64,000 bases of DNA. Source: a virus. A model generated the notes under the pieces. It did not search any database, had not been told where the DNA came from, and worked only from the letters and a program-made list of their open reading frames with translations. This document shows, piece after piece, positions 30,483-40,143 of this stretch (positions are counted from its first letter, which is position 1; the number at the start of each line of letters is the position of its first letter). The stretch lies in the IMG/VR virus record IMGVR_UViG_3300042691_038416, positions 32,001 to 96,000 of that record. One strand, given 5' to 3'. The position numbers and the translations under genes are program-made.

Positions 30483-30555
30483 TTGCGGAGACAGGAATCG
30501 AACCTGTGACCTCCAGGTTATGAGCCTGGCGAGCTACCTCTGCTACCACTCCGCG
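30483..30555 (-). tRNA. tRNA-Met(CAT), initiator-like
   Basis: CGCGGAG acceptor with C1:A72 mismatch, CCAGG-CTCATAA-CCTGG; no encoded CCA. Confidence 0.92.
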
Positions 30556-30566
30556 ATATTTCTTTG

Positions 30567-30651
30567 TACTCGGGGCGGGGGTCGAACCCGCACGGCCTCT
30601 TCGGCCAAGGGATTTTAAGTCCCTCGTGTATACCAGTTTCACCACCCGAGC
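30567..30651 (-). tRNA. tRNA-Leu(TAA)
   Basis: AGGGA-CTTAAAA-TCCCT anticodon arm, long variable arm, GGTTCGA. Confidence 0.92.
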
Positions 30652-30657
30652 ATACTT

Positions 30658-30894
30658 TTAATTCACATTCACTTCAATCGTACCTAACATCTCTGACTCT
30701 AACACTTCTAAAACACACTCTACTATGTGAACCTTCCTTGGCTCTAACTTTGGCTTTAACCCTGGCTCTACTCCCAGTACTTCATTTAATATTTCTAATA
30801 ATTCCTCTGGCTCTAAGCCCACTATATTCATTACTGTTTCCACTGGATGGCCTGCGGCTATCATTTGGAGTGCTGTGTGTGATTTGTTTTTCAT
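30658..30894 (-). CDS. hypothetical protein
   Basis: ORF with promoter motif and AAAGGTT-ATG start. Confidence 0.65.
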   Translation of the reverse strand: MKNKSHTALQMIAAGHPVETVMNIVGLEPEELLEILNEVLGVEPGLKPKLEPRKVHIVECVLEVLESEMLGTIEVNVN

Positions 30895-30948
30895 AACCTT
30901 TTTTTCTTATAAATTAAATATATGAAGCTGGATTTTGAAAGCCAAATC

Positions 30949-31155
30949 TTACTTTGAAAGAATTTCTTGAATTTCTTGTTTAACAGAATCAGACATTGGT
31001 GCCCCTGAAGTTTCATAACACCACAATAATTGTTTAGCCAACAATTTTTTGTCCTGTAATGAAATGTTGTCGTTCCATTTTAGTAATCCTGTAATTGTTC
31101 CTGTCATGTAACTTGAAAGTGAACTTAAGGTGAAATACTTTTCAGCGTAATCCAT
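30949..31155 (-). CDS. hypothetical protein
   Basis: ORF with promoter motif. Confidence 0.7.
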   Translation of the reverse strand: MDYAEKYFTLSSLSSYMTGTITGLLKWNDNISLQDKKLLAKQLLWCYETSGAPMSDSVKQEIQEILSK

Positions 31156-31385
31156 AGTGTCTTTGTGTTTTTTATTATGATTAAATATATGAAGTTGAAT
31201 CTAGTAAGCCAAATTTGGGGGTATATCCTTATATCTCTTGTATAGGGGAGAAGGGGGCGGGATCGCAACAGGGGGGTTACCTTACCACCACTCTCCTATC
31301 ACCCATTCATCTCCACACCTGTCACATACTATACTTATATACATATTTGTTTATATTGTTATAGGACAGGTGTGACATACGTTTG

Positions 31386-31601
31386 TCACCCATTTCTCTC
31401 CATCTCATCCACTTTATCTTGAATCTGCTCCATTAGGATTGGATCACTTATCTCATATCCACTTTTGGTCCTCAATGTACAATCAATCACTTTACCTTCC
31501 TCATTCAACCATTCTTTATAGAACACCACCTCACCTGTTTCAAGTTGAAATCGATATTCCGCCTCTGTCACTGTTGATTTACTTGTGAATAATAGTTCCA
31601 T
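31386..31601 (-). CDS. hypothetical protein
   Basis: ORF with promoter motif. Confidence 0.7.
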   Translation of the reverse strand: MELLFTSKSTVTEAEYRFQLETGEVVFYKEWLNEEGKVIDCTLRTKSGYEISDPILMEQIQDKVDEMERNG

Positions 31602-31652
31602 GTGTTTTTATTTTTTATTTGAATTGAATATATGTTATCCTACTTTGTAAGC

Positions 31653-31949
31653 CTATCCCAAAAATACCTTCAACGTCCTACCCCCATCTTGATATGACAA
31701 TTCAATATCTATAAAATCATTTGTTTCCTTATACAATGTCATAATCCGTCCCGCTCGCATACTGTTTTTAGCATGATTGATCACCTCAAATCGAGTCACG
31801 TTATAATCATTTTTCAATTGATGTAACATTTGTTCTTTCAACCCTACCTGTTCAATGATGTATTGCATTGTTTCCCCATCCACATCCATTTCATTTAGTG
31901 TTTGAATGATGTAGTTGATTCTTGCTTCGTTGTGTTCTGAGTGTGTCAT
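31653..31949 (-). CDS. hypothetical protein
   Basis: ORF track. Confidence 0.7.
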   Translation of the reverse strand: MTHSEHNEARINYIIQTLNEMDVDGETMQYIIEQVGLKEQMLHQLKNDYNVTRFEVINHAKNSMRAGRIMTLYKETNDFIDIELSYQDGGRTLKVFLG

Positions 31950-31958
31950 GTTATTTTC

Positions 31959-32219
31959 TTATTTATTGATTCTTACCATATATTGTCCTTCCACGATACG
32001 ATCTGCTTCTGTATATCCCGCTGAATCGTATTCAGGGCCTTCATCTGTTATTTCTTCCACATCATATTCAGATTCATATCCTCCATCTACAGTTTCATCG
32101 TTACCTTCTACATCTCCATTCATTACTCGTTCTAAAGCATCTTGTTCATTTTCTGCTTCAACTTCATATACCCATAAATGGTGTATTACTCGTGTTTCTG
32201 TGATTGCAAATTTTTTCAT
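31959..32219 (-). CDS. acidic hypothetical protein
   Basis: ORF with promoter motif; VEAENEQDA pattern. Confidence 0.7.
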   Translation of the reverse strand: MKKFAITETRVIHHLWVYEVEAENEQDALERVMNGDVEGNDETVDGGYESEYDVEEITDEGPEYDSAGYTEADRIVEGQYMVRINK

Positions 32220-32270
32220 ATGCTTCTTTTTTAACAGTTTAAATATATGTAACCAAACTTTGGAATCCTA

Positions 32271-32468
32271 TTATTTAAACTCCATTACTAATTTACGAGC
32301 CGTATTTGGACTTGAATGAACCAAATTAACAAAATCAAAACTACCCGAATTGTTAAATGCGGTTTTAATTGCTTCATTCCACGCTGTACTCTTGTACTTC
32401 AATTTTGAGTCCAAGTTGCGTAGTTTCTCAATTAACTGTTGTTTTTCGATTGTGCTTTTTCTTACCAT
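32271..32468 (-). CDS. hypothetical protein
   Basis: ORF with promoter motif. Confidence 0.7.
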   Translation of the reverse strand: MVRKSTIEKQQLIEKLRNLDSKLKYKSTAWNEAIKTAFNNSGSFDFVNLVHSSPNTARKLVMEFK

Positions 32469-32790
32469 GTGTGTTATGTGTTTTTATTATTTATTTAAAT
32501 ATATGTCAAAGAATCTTGGAATCCTAATACCACTCATACCATAAATTTAGCAGTTGAGTTGTGAATATGATCACTGCTATTCCGGCGCACGTCATTCGTG
32601 TTCCATATAATTGTCGTTTATTTTTAAACCATTTTTCAGGTAACACATTTGCCGCAATTAGGAGCGACCATCCTATAATGTTTAATACGAACATGTTTTA
32701 TTTATTTTATATTTTTTAATTAAATGTTGTTCCCAATGATAACATAAGTATCCTGACGCTATCACAGCTCCGATTAGTGATGCTATCATA

Positions 32791-32991
32791 TTATTTTTCA
32801 TTTTTATATTGTTCCAAACACTTCTCACACCCAATATGGTCTACTCCTTCAATTCGGGCCCAATTACTTGCTAGTGCTGGTGTGCCACATAAGTTACCTG
32901 TTCCTGATTTGTAAATGTGCGCTGTGTTGCTCCACACATTACCTTTGTTTCCATAAATGGAATAACCTGATTTAAGATCTTTTGTGTTCAT
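32791..32991 (-). CDS. small Cys/His hypothetical protein
   Basis: H..LCG...CEKC; promoter motif. Confidence 0.7.
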   Translation of the reverse strand: MNTKDLKSGYSIYGNKGNVWSNTAHIYKSGTGNLCGTPALASNWARIEGVDHIGCEKCLEQYKNEK

Positions 32992-33043
32992 ATGTTTGTG
33001 TTTTTTATAACTTATTAAATATATGTCACTGGATTCTGTAGTC

Positions 33044-33382
33044 CTAGCCTTCTATTTTCTCCATCATTCCATTAGCAATTGCTCTTATTTTAATATCATC
33101 AAAGTTTGATTCACCTTTACAAAAGATGATCCAAAATGCAACCTCATCCGCGTCAACCCATCCCTTGACTTGGTCATGTCCAAAATCAAACCAATTTCCA
33201 TCCTTATCCCATATGGCTATCTCAGCTGTGCTTGATTCCACTCTATCCATTTTCATTTCGCCTTGAATAGGTGCAGTCAGGTTTCTTCGTTCACAGTAGC
33301 TTCCTGTCCCGAATTGAACGGATATTGTGATTCCGTTTTTGAATTCCATTTGGAATCCTTTATTTTGTGTTGATCTAAACAT
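33044..33382 (-). CDS. hypothetical protein
   Basis: ORF with promoter motif. Confidence 0.75.
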   Translation of the reverse strand: MFRSTQNKGFQMEFKNGITISVQFGTGSYCERRNLTAPIQGEMKMDRVESSTAEIAIWDKDGNWFDFGHDQVKGWVDADEVAFWIIFCKGESNFDDIKIRAIANGMMEKIEG

Positions 33383-33439
33383 AACCTTTTATTTTTTTAT
33401 TTAGACTAAATATATGACGCCTTATCCTGTTTGCCTAAC

Positions 33440-33658
33440 CTACTTAATATCAAGTATTTTAATAATTATGTAAGCAGTTATTAGTAACAAAAACACTGCT
33501 ACCATTAACGCTACAGGTAACCATAGTGGGGCCAAAACCCAACCCCAACCCCAATCAATCACATTTGTTAGTTTTAGTGTTATAAACACTATTGTTAACA
33601 CCATTAATGTATCAATTGATGGTCCCTCAAATTTGACTACTGTTTTTTTATCATCCAT
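33440..33658 (-). CDS. small membrane protein
   Basis: LKLTNVIDWGWGWVLAPLW transmembrane pattern. Confidence 0.75.
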   Translation of the reverse strand: MDDKKTVVKFEGPSIDTLMVLTIVFITLKLTNVIDWGWGWVLAPLWLPVALMVAVFLLLITAYIIIKILDIK

Positions 33659-33924
33659 TAGAACTCATAATTATCGTGAACATCATTATCATAATTGTCA
33701 TACTCCTCCCATTCCTCAGGATATGTTTCTAAATACTCTGTGTCACAATGACTCAAAATAACATCCAACAAATAATCATAATCACCACTCATAGCCTCAT
33801 CTAAGACCTGTTTTGTTTCTTCTTTAGACCATCCTGCTTCACGCGCGGCCACTTGGAACGCTCCCATAATAACAAAAGCGTTACCGTTAATACCAACTAG
33901 GTTAAGTTTTACTTTGTTTTTCAT
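33658..33924 (-). CDS. hypothetical protein
   Basis: LVG.NGNAF...SGDYD.LL pattern. Confidence 0.75.
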   Translation of the reverse strand: MKNKVKLNLVGINGNAFVIMGAFQVAAREAGWSKEETKQVLDEAMSGDYDYLLDVILSHCDTEYLETYPEEWEEYDNYDNDVHDNYEF

Positions 33925-33929
33925 ATGTG

Positions 33930-34214
33930 TTATGCTTTATCAATTACATTATCAATAGGTACCTTTTTGCCATTTGAACGGCCTGGAAATACAACTGAAA
34001 TGACTGCTCTATCTTCATACATGCCAAATCCAGCTACTTGTTTCACTTTACCTCGGAAATTACCATTACTAAACCTAACAATAACTGTGTCACCAACACC
34101 TACTACTTTGTCATTTAACAAACGCAATTTGTACTCACCATCATTGAAGGCGTTACTATTTGGTCGTTGTGCCCAAAAAATTCTGTCTTGTTTTAATGCT
34201 TCATTTCTGTCCAT
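33930..34214 (-). CDS. hypothetical protein, possibly SH3/KOW-like
   Basis: VGDTVIV..GKV; promoter motif. Confidence 0.65.
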   Translation of the reverse strand: MDRNEALKQDRIFWAQRPNSNAFNDGEYKLRLLNDKVVGVGDTVIVRFSNGNFRGKVKQVAGFGMYEDRAVISVVFPGRSNGKKVPIDNVIDKA

Positions 34215-34267
34215 AACCTTTATTTTTTTTTTATTTACTTAAATATATGTTAATAGATTCTGAAATC

Positions 34268-34549
34268 CTAATTCTCATCAAAATAATTTCCTTCATCTTT
34301 AGAAAAAGCTGAGCCATGATCCGGTTCATCCGGGAAACCATAATCATCTTCTTCATCATCAGGAAACATAGCGTTCCATTCATCTTCAGTAATACCGGTC
34401 ATGAAAAATTCACGTTCAGCCGCTGTTAAGTTAGGAAATGCGTACTGTATTTTCATTCCTCTCTCATAATCAAGTAATTGCTGTTGTGTGATGTTTAGAT
34501 CCAATGTTCTAGTCACACCTGAGACCTGTGATTTTCTAGTTACTTCCAT
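34268..34549 (-). CDS. hypothetical protein with acidic tail
   Basis: IQYAFPNL..EREF..TGIT. Confidence 0.75.
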   Translation of the reverse strand: MEVTRKSQVSGVTRTLDLNITQQQLLDYERGMKIQYAFPNLTAAEREFFMTGITEDEWNAMFPDDEEDDYGFPDEPDHGSAFSKDEGNYFDEN

Positions 34550-34766
34550 TTTTGTAAACAGTTATATCATTTAAACACATTGCATGACGCCACATACCAG
34601 AGTCCTCAAATAGACCCATAACCAATTCAGCATCACCTTTTGCTTGTTGTAACGCGTATGTTACTTCATTAAGTATTTCTTCACTATGATTAGCTGCTAC
34701 CTGATGGTAGTGTTCACTTTCAGTTACAAACTGATCAACAGCTTGTTCGATTTCTTCTTTATTCAT
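34536..34766 (-). CDS. hypothetical protein
   Basis: ORF track. Confidence 0.65.
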   Translation of the reverse strand: MNKEEIEQAVDQFVTESEHYHQVAANHSEEILNEVTYALQQAKGDAELVMGLFEDSGMWRHAMCLNDITVYKNGSN

Positions 34767-34893
34767 GACTAAATTTATTATTTCTAGGTTTACGTTTATA
34801 TGCTTTTTTACTTGGAACCGTTTTTTGAGTAGTTCTAATCTGTTGGATTTGTAAATCCCTTCTTAATGATCCGGTTGTGTTTTCTGTTTTCAT
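34759..34893 (-). CDS. small basic protein
   Basis: PSKKAYKRK; ATG 34893 just after promoter motif. Confidence 0.55.
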   Translation of the reverse strand: MKTENTTGSLRRDLQIQQIRTTQKTVPSKKAYKRKPRNNKFSHE

Positions 34894-34951
34894 ATAATAT
34901 AAATATAAGTTAAGGAGCTCAGTTACCCAAGCTCCCTTCCTTACCATCTAA

Positions 34952-35341
34952 TTATTCTTGTACTTCAACTAATGTATTTTCTACAATCGGTTCTACAATT
35001 GCTGGGTAACAGTTGTAAACTTCATCCATGATTCCATTGTCATCATATGAACACTCAATAATGCCTTTAATGTTTCGTTTTATTTCACGTTGATCAATGT
35101 TTAGATCCACTGTAAAATCTCTACCATAATTGTTGTTAATTTCAATTTCAATTGAATCTTCATCCAAGTCAAATTCATTGTCAATTTGAAAATTGATTGA
35201 TTCAACTAATGATGAGGCAATGTGTTTAACAAATCGTTCCATTTGTTCTTTTGTGAATGTGAATTCTGCTTTAGCAGTTTCCATTTCTGATACGGCCTTA
35301 TTTAAGGCGTCCAATTGTGTTTTGATGTCTTGTAAGTTCAT
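34952..35341 (-). CDS. acidic hypothetical protein
   Basis: ORF with promoter motif. Confidence 0.75.
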   Translation of the reverse strand: MNLQDIKTQLDALNKAVSEMETAKAEFTFTKEQMERFVKHIASSLVESINFQIDNEFDLDEDSIEIEINNNYGRDFTVDLNIDQREIKRNIKGIIECSYDDNGIMDEVYNCYPAIVEPIVENTLVEVQE

Positions 35342-35390
35342 ATGTGCTTTTTTTATTTGAACTAAATATAAGTTAATTTACTCTGAAAAC

Positions 35391-35594
35391 CTATTCCTCT
35401 TCTTCCTCATAAGGCCAAGTAGATGGATTATCAAAAACATCATCAAACCACTCCATTTCAAACAGTTGAAGTGCTTCTATAGCCTGAGATCCTTCTAAAT
35501 AATTGTTAATTATCCATTCCAAAATAGTTTCATTTGGAATACCCCTTTCATTTAAACGTTCCAATAATACTTTAACTTGTTTTCGGTTTGTCAT
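35391..35594 (-). CDS. hypothetical protein, probable paralog of 35622..35846
   Basis: TNR...LL..L.....L..II..Y....A..AL...E.E.F shared. Confidence 0.7.
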   Translation of the reverse strand: MTNRKQVKVLLERLNERGIPNETILEWIINNYLEGSQAIEALQLFEMEWFDDVFDNPSTWPYEEEEE

Positions 35595-35621
35595 TTTCAG
35601 TTTAAATATATGTTTATGAAT

Positions 35622-35846
35622 TTAGTCTTCGTCCTTCACTTTATACTTACTGTTTGAGTACTCATCATCATACTCATCTTCATTTCCGAAAAATTCTTGT
35701 TCTGCTGCTAATAGAGCTTGATATGCTTCATTTGCATCCATATAATCCCTAATTAAATAATCTAATAATGAACTAGATGTGATACCATCTCCTTCATTAG
35801 TTAATTTATCCAAAAGCATTAGCGCTCGTTCACGATTAGTTTTCAT
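35622..35846 (-). CDS. hypothetical protein
   Basis: ORF; tandem paralog. Confidence 0.7.
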   Translation of the reverse strand: MKTNRERALMLLDKLTNEGDGITSSSLLDYLIRDYMDANEAYQALLAAEQEFFGNEDEYDDEYSNSKYKVKDED

Positions 35847-36036
35847 TTGGCATAACAGTTTTTTGAATATTCAATACTCGTTTTTTATCACTTGGTTTGT
35901 AGTATTCTTTAGCAATCATAATTGCTTCAACTAAATCATAATTAACTCGAGTACGACCCCATTTTGTTGATTGTAAGTCGTTTCTAAAGAATGGTGAGAA
36001 TATCATATTTTTTTTTATTTAGATTAAATATATGTT

Positions 36037-36468
36037 TTAGAATTTTGGAATCCAAGGTGTAGTAATCTCTCCTTCAATCCAAAACCCACCATAATAACCG
36101 TTATGTGAGTTATGATTTACAATTGTGAATACTCCATTTGTGGTTTCAAATTCAAGAAACATTGTTTCATGAACATCACCATAATCATCATCAATGTACT
36201 CAGCTGGTTTAGCATAAACATTAGTTAGTTTTGCTCCTGAATATTCTTTTAGATTGTCATCACAAACCATATATCTATGTTCACAACATGATTGTCCACC
36301 ATCCCATATCCTTAGGGCTGTATCATCAGTGAAATTGATATACAAATTATCATCTTCAATACAAACACTAGCAATTGTTTTATCTAGTGATCCTTGAATA
36401 GCGAAACGTGTTTCATCGTCTCCTATTGATAGCGCTCTTAACATAACGCCTAAACCTGTATTAGTCAT
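36037..36468 (-). CDS. hypothetical phage protein
   Basis: QSCCE and HNGYYGG motifs. Confidence 0.75.
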   Translation of the reverse strand: MTNTGLGVMLRALSIGDDETRFAIQGSLDKTIASVCIEDDNLYINFTDDTALRIWDGGQSCCEHRYMVCDDNLKEYSGAKLTNVYAKPAEYIDDDYGDVHETMFLEFETTNGVFTIVNHNSHNGYYGGFWIEGEITTPWIPKF

Positions 36469-36469
36469 A

Positions 36470-36826
36470 TTAATTTATTTGTAAACAATAAGCAAAACTT
36501 TCTTGGTAATCATCATTGTCAGCCATTTCTCTTAATTTCTCAACTGTAATTGAGTTATAGAAACGCTCTCCACGTCCAATTACATCATAAACTAAATCAC
36601 TCCAACTATCATCACTTGCTTCAATTCCCGGACCACCATCATGTCCTAACCAAGCATCTTGGTATTTTTCAAATAACATTACAGCTTTTTCTTCAATGAA
36701 TGATTCTAACATTTTGAATTCCTTTTTAGGTAATTCAGACCAATTAAAACTAATTCGTTCATAGTCATGATCAAATTTCCATTTAGCATCTTCGATCATT
36801 TTCCAACATTTTTGTTCTTGTGTCAT
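36470..36826 (-). CDS. DUF4240-like protein
   Basis: W..I, SDD.W.D...VIGRG..FY pattern. Confidence 0.55.
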   Translation of the reverse strand: MTQEQKCWKMIEDAKWKFDHDYERISFNWSELPKKEFKMLESFIEEKAVMLFEKYQDAWLGHDGGPGIEASDDSWSDLVYDVIGRGERFYNSITVEKLREMADNDDYQESFAYCLQIN

Positions 36827-36880
36827 GTGCCTTTTTATTTGAGTTAAATATACGTTTAAAAAACTAGAAATCCTAACTCA

Positions 36881-37693
36881 TTATTCTTCTACTTCAGCCG
36901 CTTTAATGTTTGAATAAACGATTTGAGTACCTGTTAGCTGGAAATATAATTTATTTGCTACCTCACCATTTCGATTTTTAGTGAACTCCATATATGTTCC
37001 ACCTCCATCACGATTTGATTCACGTCTCATTTCCATCATTCCATCTGTCATGTGTTTCAATTTATTACTACCTACAAACACTCCTGCTTTAGTAACTTGT
37101 TGAATCAACATAAATGATGTGTACTTATTAGTTTTGTTGTTACCCTTATTGTTTTGGGTACAAACATCTACCAACCATGATTCAGCTGTTTTACGATCCC
37201 ATCCCATATCAGTTCTAACATCATCAATCACTTCAGCAATACTATCAATCAGTACCAAATCCCAACCCATGTTTAGAACTTGTTCAACCATGTCTTTAGC
37301 ATTGTGTTGAGCATAATCACTTACAAACAAAGTATCAACATAACCAAACTGTGGATAACGTTGTGTGTACTTAAACATCTGTTTCTTTCCCATTTCACCT
37401 GAAATGAACAAACATTTACGAGTTGGATTTTTTAATTGTGTCATGGCTAAAAAGTCTAGCAACACAGTTGTTTTACCCACTCCTGGATCACCAACACACA
37501 TCACATTTGAAGCGCATGGCATTCCACCTTCATGACTGATCAATAAGTCAAGTACTGTTCCTGATTCCATCTGCTCCATCATTCGGGAGTCAATGTTTAG
37601 GTTCTTTAGCTTTGTGATTTGGCTAAAGTCAATTTGTACATGTGCCATTTGTGCTGGTTTGTTTTTTGTTGCTGGACGGCCTCTTTTTTTCAT
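36881..37693 (-). CDS. RadA/Sms-like RecA-fold ATPase
   Basis: Walker A GDPGVGKTT, SGE, Walker B LIDS, KNRNG; start moved to 37693. Confidence 0.8.
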   Translation of the reverse strand: MKKRGRPATKNKPAQMAHVQIDFSQITKLKNLNIDSRMMEQMESGTVLDLLISHEGGMPCASNVMCVGDPGVGKTTVLLDFLAMTQLKNPTRKCLFISGEMGKKQMFKYTQRYPQFGYVDTLFVSDYAQHNAKDMVEQVLNMGWDLVLIDSIAEVIDDVRTDMGWDRKTAESWLVDVCTQNNKGNNKTNKYTSFMLIQQVTKAGVFVGSNKLKHMTDGMMEMRRESNRDGGGTYMEFTKNRNGEVANKLYFQLTGTQIVYSNIKAAEVEE

Positions 37694-37749
37694 AACCTTT
37701 ATTTTTTTGTGTATACTAAATATATGGTAAGAAATTTTGTAAGCCAAAC

Positions 37750-38037
37750 TTATAATCCCTCTAATCCATCATTCAGCGTCACATCCCAATCATCATCATC
37801 TCTAACCAATAAAGCCGTTTCGAATGGTTCATCAATACCTGTTTCCCAAAACATTTCAATTCCAAATTCAACATCTGGGTGTGCTGAGATACGTGCTTCG
37901 ATGTTATCAAATACTTGTTCTTGATCCTCTATGATTTGAACGTCATATGGATGTAGTGGTAGTGTTTGGAATTCACCTAACGAATTATTATACGCCACTA
38001 ACCATTGATCATTTGCTTTAAATAGTCTTCCTTTCAT
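37750..38037 (-). CDS. hypothetical protein
   Basis: ATG 38037 preferred; ends WDVTLNDGLE. Confidence 0.65.
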   Translation of the reverse strand: MKGRLFKANDQWLVAYNNSLGEFQTLPLHPYDVQIIEDQEQVFDNIEARISAHPDVEFGIEMFWETGIDEPFETALLVRDDDDWDVTLNDGLEGL

Positions 38038-38239
38038 ATGTTTCTTGATAATACTGTTCTGCTGGTAGTGGGAACTTAAACTTGGTTGATGCTTGTCCCG
38101 TTTCATAGTCTGTCTTGCTTTGCTCTTTCTCCATTGCTTTGGCTTGTTCAATCAATTCATACATTACATGATGTACTCCAACTGTTGATTCAAGTTTGAT
38201 AAATTCTTGTTCAAGCCATTGTACCGCTGTTTGTTTCAT
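38018..38239 (-). CDS. hypothetical protein (QTAVQWL family)
   Basis: ORF with promoter motif. Confidence 0.7.
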   Translation of the reverse strand: MKQTAVQWLEQEFIKLESTVGVHHVMYELIEQAKAMEKEQSKTDYETGQASTKFKFPLPAEQYYQETYERKTI

Positions 38240-38286
38240 ATTTTTCTTTTTAACAAGTTAAATATAAGTTAAAAGATTTTGAAAGC

Positions 38287-38487
38287 CTATAGAAGTCTCC
38301 CCTCACCACTTTCATACCATTTTTCTACACTGCCATATTTGGCTATTTGTTGATTTCCTTCTTCTTCAACCTTGCGATATGCTTCTCTCCAATATTGCTT
38401 TGTTTCTTCATTCGCATCAGAAGTGTATGTACCTGAGAATAGGCATAGTTCGTCTATTTCTTGGTCTGTTAGTTTAAATGGATTCAT
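38287..38487 (-). CDS. hypothetical protein
   Basis: ORF track. Confidence 0.65.
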   Translation of the reverse strand: MNPFKLTDQEIDELCLFSGTYTSDANEETKQYWREAYRKVEEEGNQQIAKYGSVEKWYESGEGRLL

Positions 38488-38690
38488 TTTTTATTCAAGT
38501 GTTCAATAGATGTGATTATAGTATTTCTAATTGGATAGCAAGCAATAACTTCATATCTATCATCTTTATTCACCCAAAACTCATAGCATCCTGCTTGGGA
38601 ATATTTCATACCATCGCAGATTATAGATGTTTGATGTGTACTATCTGAGTTATTGTAGTATCCAAGAATTGTTATGTTGTATTTTTTCAT
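38484..38690 (-). CDS. hypothetical protein
   Basis: Translationally coupled ORF. Confidence 0.65.
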   Translation of the reverse strand: MKKYNITILGYYNNSDSTHQTSIICDGMKYSQAGCYEFWVNKDDRYEVIACYPIRNTIITSIEHLNKK

Positions 38691-38959
38691 TATTTATATT
38701 CTACGCTTACAATGTGTTTATTAACTATTTTTAATCCATCTTTCCACAATGAATCACCTTTAACTGAGTCGCATTCAATTATTGGTGTGTGGTAATATCC
38801 TGCTGTCTCATATACAATATGAACTTGTAGTGGATATTTTTTAGTTGGTTGTTTGTTGGTAGATGAAGCCAATCCAAATCCTATTACTAATCCAAATACT
38901 AACGCAGTCATTGGTATCGCAAAGTATTTTACATTAAATGTTGTCCATTCATCACTCAT
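38690..38959 (-). CDS. membrane-anchored hypothetical protein
   Basis: One transmembrane segment. Confidence 0.65.
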   Translation of the reverse strand: MSDEWTTFNVKYFAIPMTALVFGLVIGFGLASSTNKQPTKKYPLQVHIVYETAGYYHTPIIECDSVKGDSLWKDGLKIVNKHIVSVEYK

Positions 38960-39636
38960 ATTTCAAATATATTTCCGTTTGAACTTAATTTACCAAATTT
39001 TCCATCAGTCACAACTGAACCATTTGAGTAGGTGGTTCCTGGATAAGCACTTAACTGTCTTACACCTGCATTGATAATATCTTCACAGTTATGAATGTGA
39101 CCAAACAATACTAGTTTAGGTTGTATTTTCAACATATGTTTTCTCATAGCTGAACATCCACAAAACTCAAGTTCATTTTCTCTATTGTAACTCAGATCCA
39201 TTATTGTTGCTGGTGGACCATGTGATACAACTATATCTGTTCCTTCAGGAATTGACTGCCATGTCTTATTCATTTTATCTCTTGACTTGTTATAAGCCCA
39301 ACCCACTCCAAATGATGGTGTATAAGGTGTACCCCAGATTTTAATACCTTCAATTTCAGTTGAATTGTTTTCTAAATAAACAATACCTTTACTAGTGAAA
39401 TCAGCAGGTCTGACTAAGCGCTTCTCAATACTTGTATCATGATTTCCAGCTACAAACACTTTATGTTTGATTGGAAGTGATGAGTACCACTCAATAAAGT
39501 CTCTTACCTCAGGTTCATTCAAGTATGGATTACTTGGGTTTGAACAATCACCTGAGTGAATAACCATATCAACTCCATCAGGTATATTTAGCAGACCATG
39601 AAATGTATGAGTATCACTTATGTGCCAAATTTTCAT
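38956..39636 (-). CDS. calcineurin-like metallophosphoesterase
   Basis: SDTH, GD, GNHD, SHGPP, GHIH. Confidence 0.9.
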   Translation of the reverse strand: MKIWHISDTHTFHGLLNIPDGVDMVIHSGDCSNPSNPYLNEPEVRDFIEWYSSLPIKHKVFVAGNHDTSIEKRLVRPADFTSKGIVYLENNSTEIEGIKIWGTPYTPSFGVGWAYNKSRDKMNKTWQSIPEGTDIVVSHGPPATIMDLSYNRENELEFCGCSAMRKHMLKIQPKLVLFGHIHNCEDIINAGVRQLSAYPGTTYSNGSVVTDGKFGKLSSNGNIFEI

Positions 39637-39821
39637 TTTGAGAATTTTTCAATTGTTTTATTAACAATGAAACCAAATATTGAAAATGTTACTACCATTC
39701 CTATAAACCCAAGTACATATCTCCAACTATCAGTTGTTGTAAATAAGAAGTACAAGGCAAACAATAATGTACATGTTAGGAACCCAGTTAAGTAATTTTC
39801 AGGTGTAAATAATTTTTTCAT
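39633..39821 (-). CDS. small membrane protein
   Basis: Two hydrophobic helices. Confidence 0.65.
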   Translation of the reverse strand: MKKLFTPENYLTGFLTCTLLFALYFLFTTTDSWRYVLGFIGMVVTFSIFGFIVNKTIEKFSK

Positions 39822-40111
39822 ATTTTATGTATTGTATAAGTGCTATTTTTTGTTTTGAATTTATTTTCACTAATGATCTCAGTGATTTCAGTAGTTAACC
39901 ACATATAATTTCCTGGTCCGGTTGGATCAAGTACAATACTACGACCAACAGCCGGTTCATTATGTACCTTACCACCTACACCATTCTTATTCCATTCTAT
40001 AAACTTAATGACTGAAGCAGGCATTCGTATATCATCTTCAAGACGAGTGACAACATAGTTATCTTTTACTAAGTCCATAAATATTTTTGGTCGATCTATC
40101 TTATTTTTCAT
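39818..40111 (-). CDS. hypothetical protein
   Basis: WLTTEITEI..FKTKNSTY. Confidence 0.7.
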   Translation of the reverse strand: MKNKIDRPKIFMDLVKDNYVVTRLEDDIRMPASVIKFIEWNKNGVGGKVHNEPAVGRSIVLDPTGPGNYMWLTTEITEIISENKFKTKNSTYTIHKI

Positions 40112-40143
40112 GTTCTAAATATAAGTTAAAAGATTTTGAAAAC

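Noticed and set aside
30439-30645. 68-aa minus-strand ORF
   Set aside because: Overlaps tRNA-Leu and tRNA-Met
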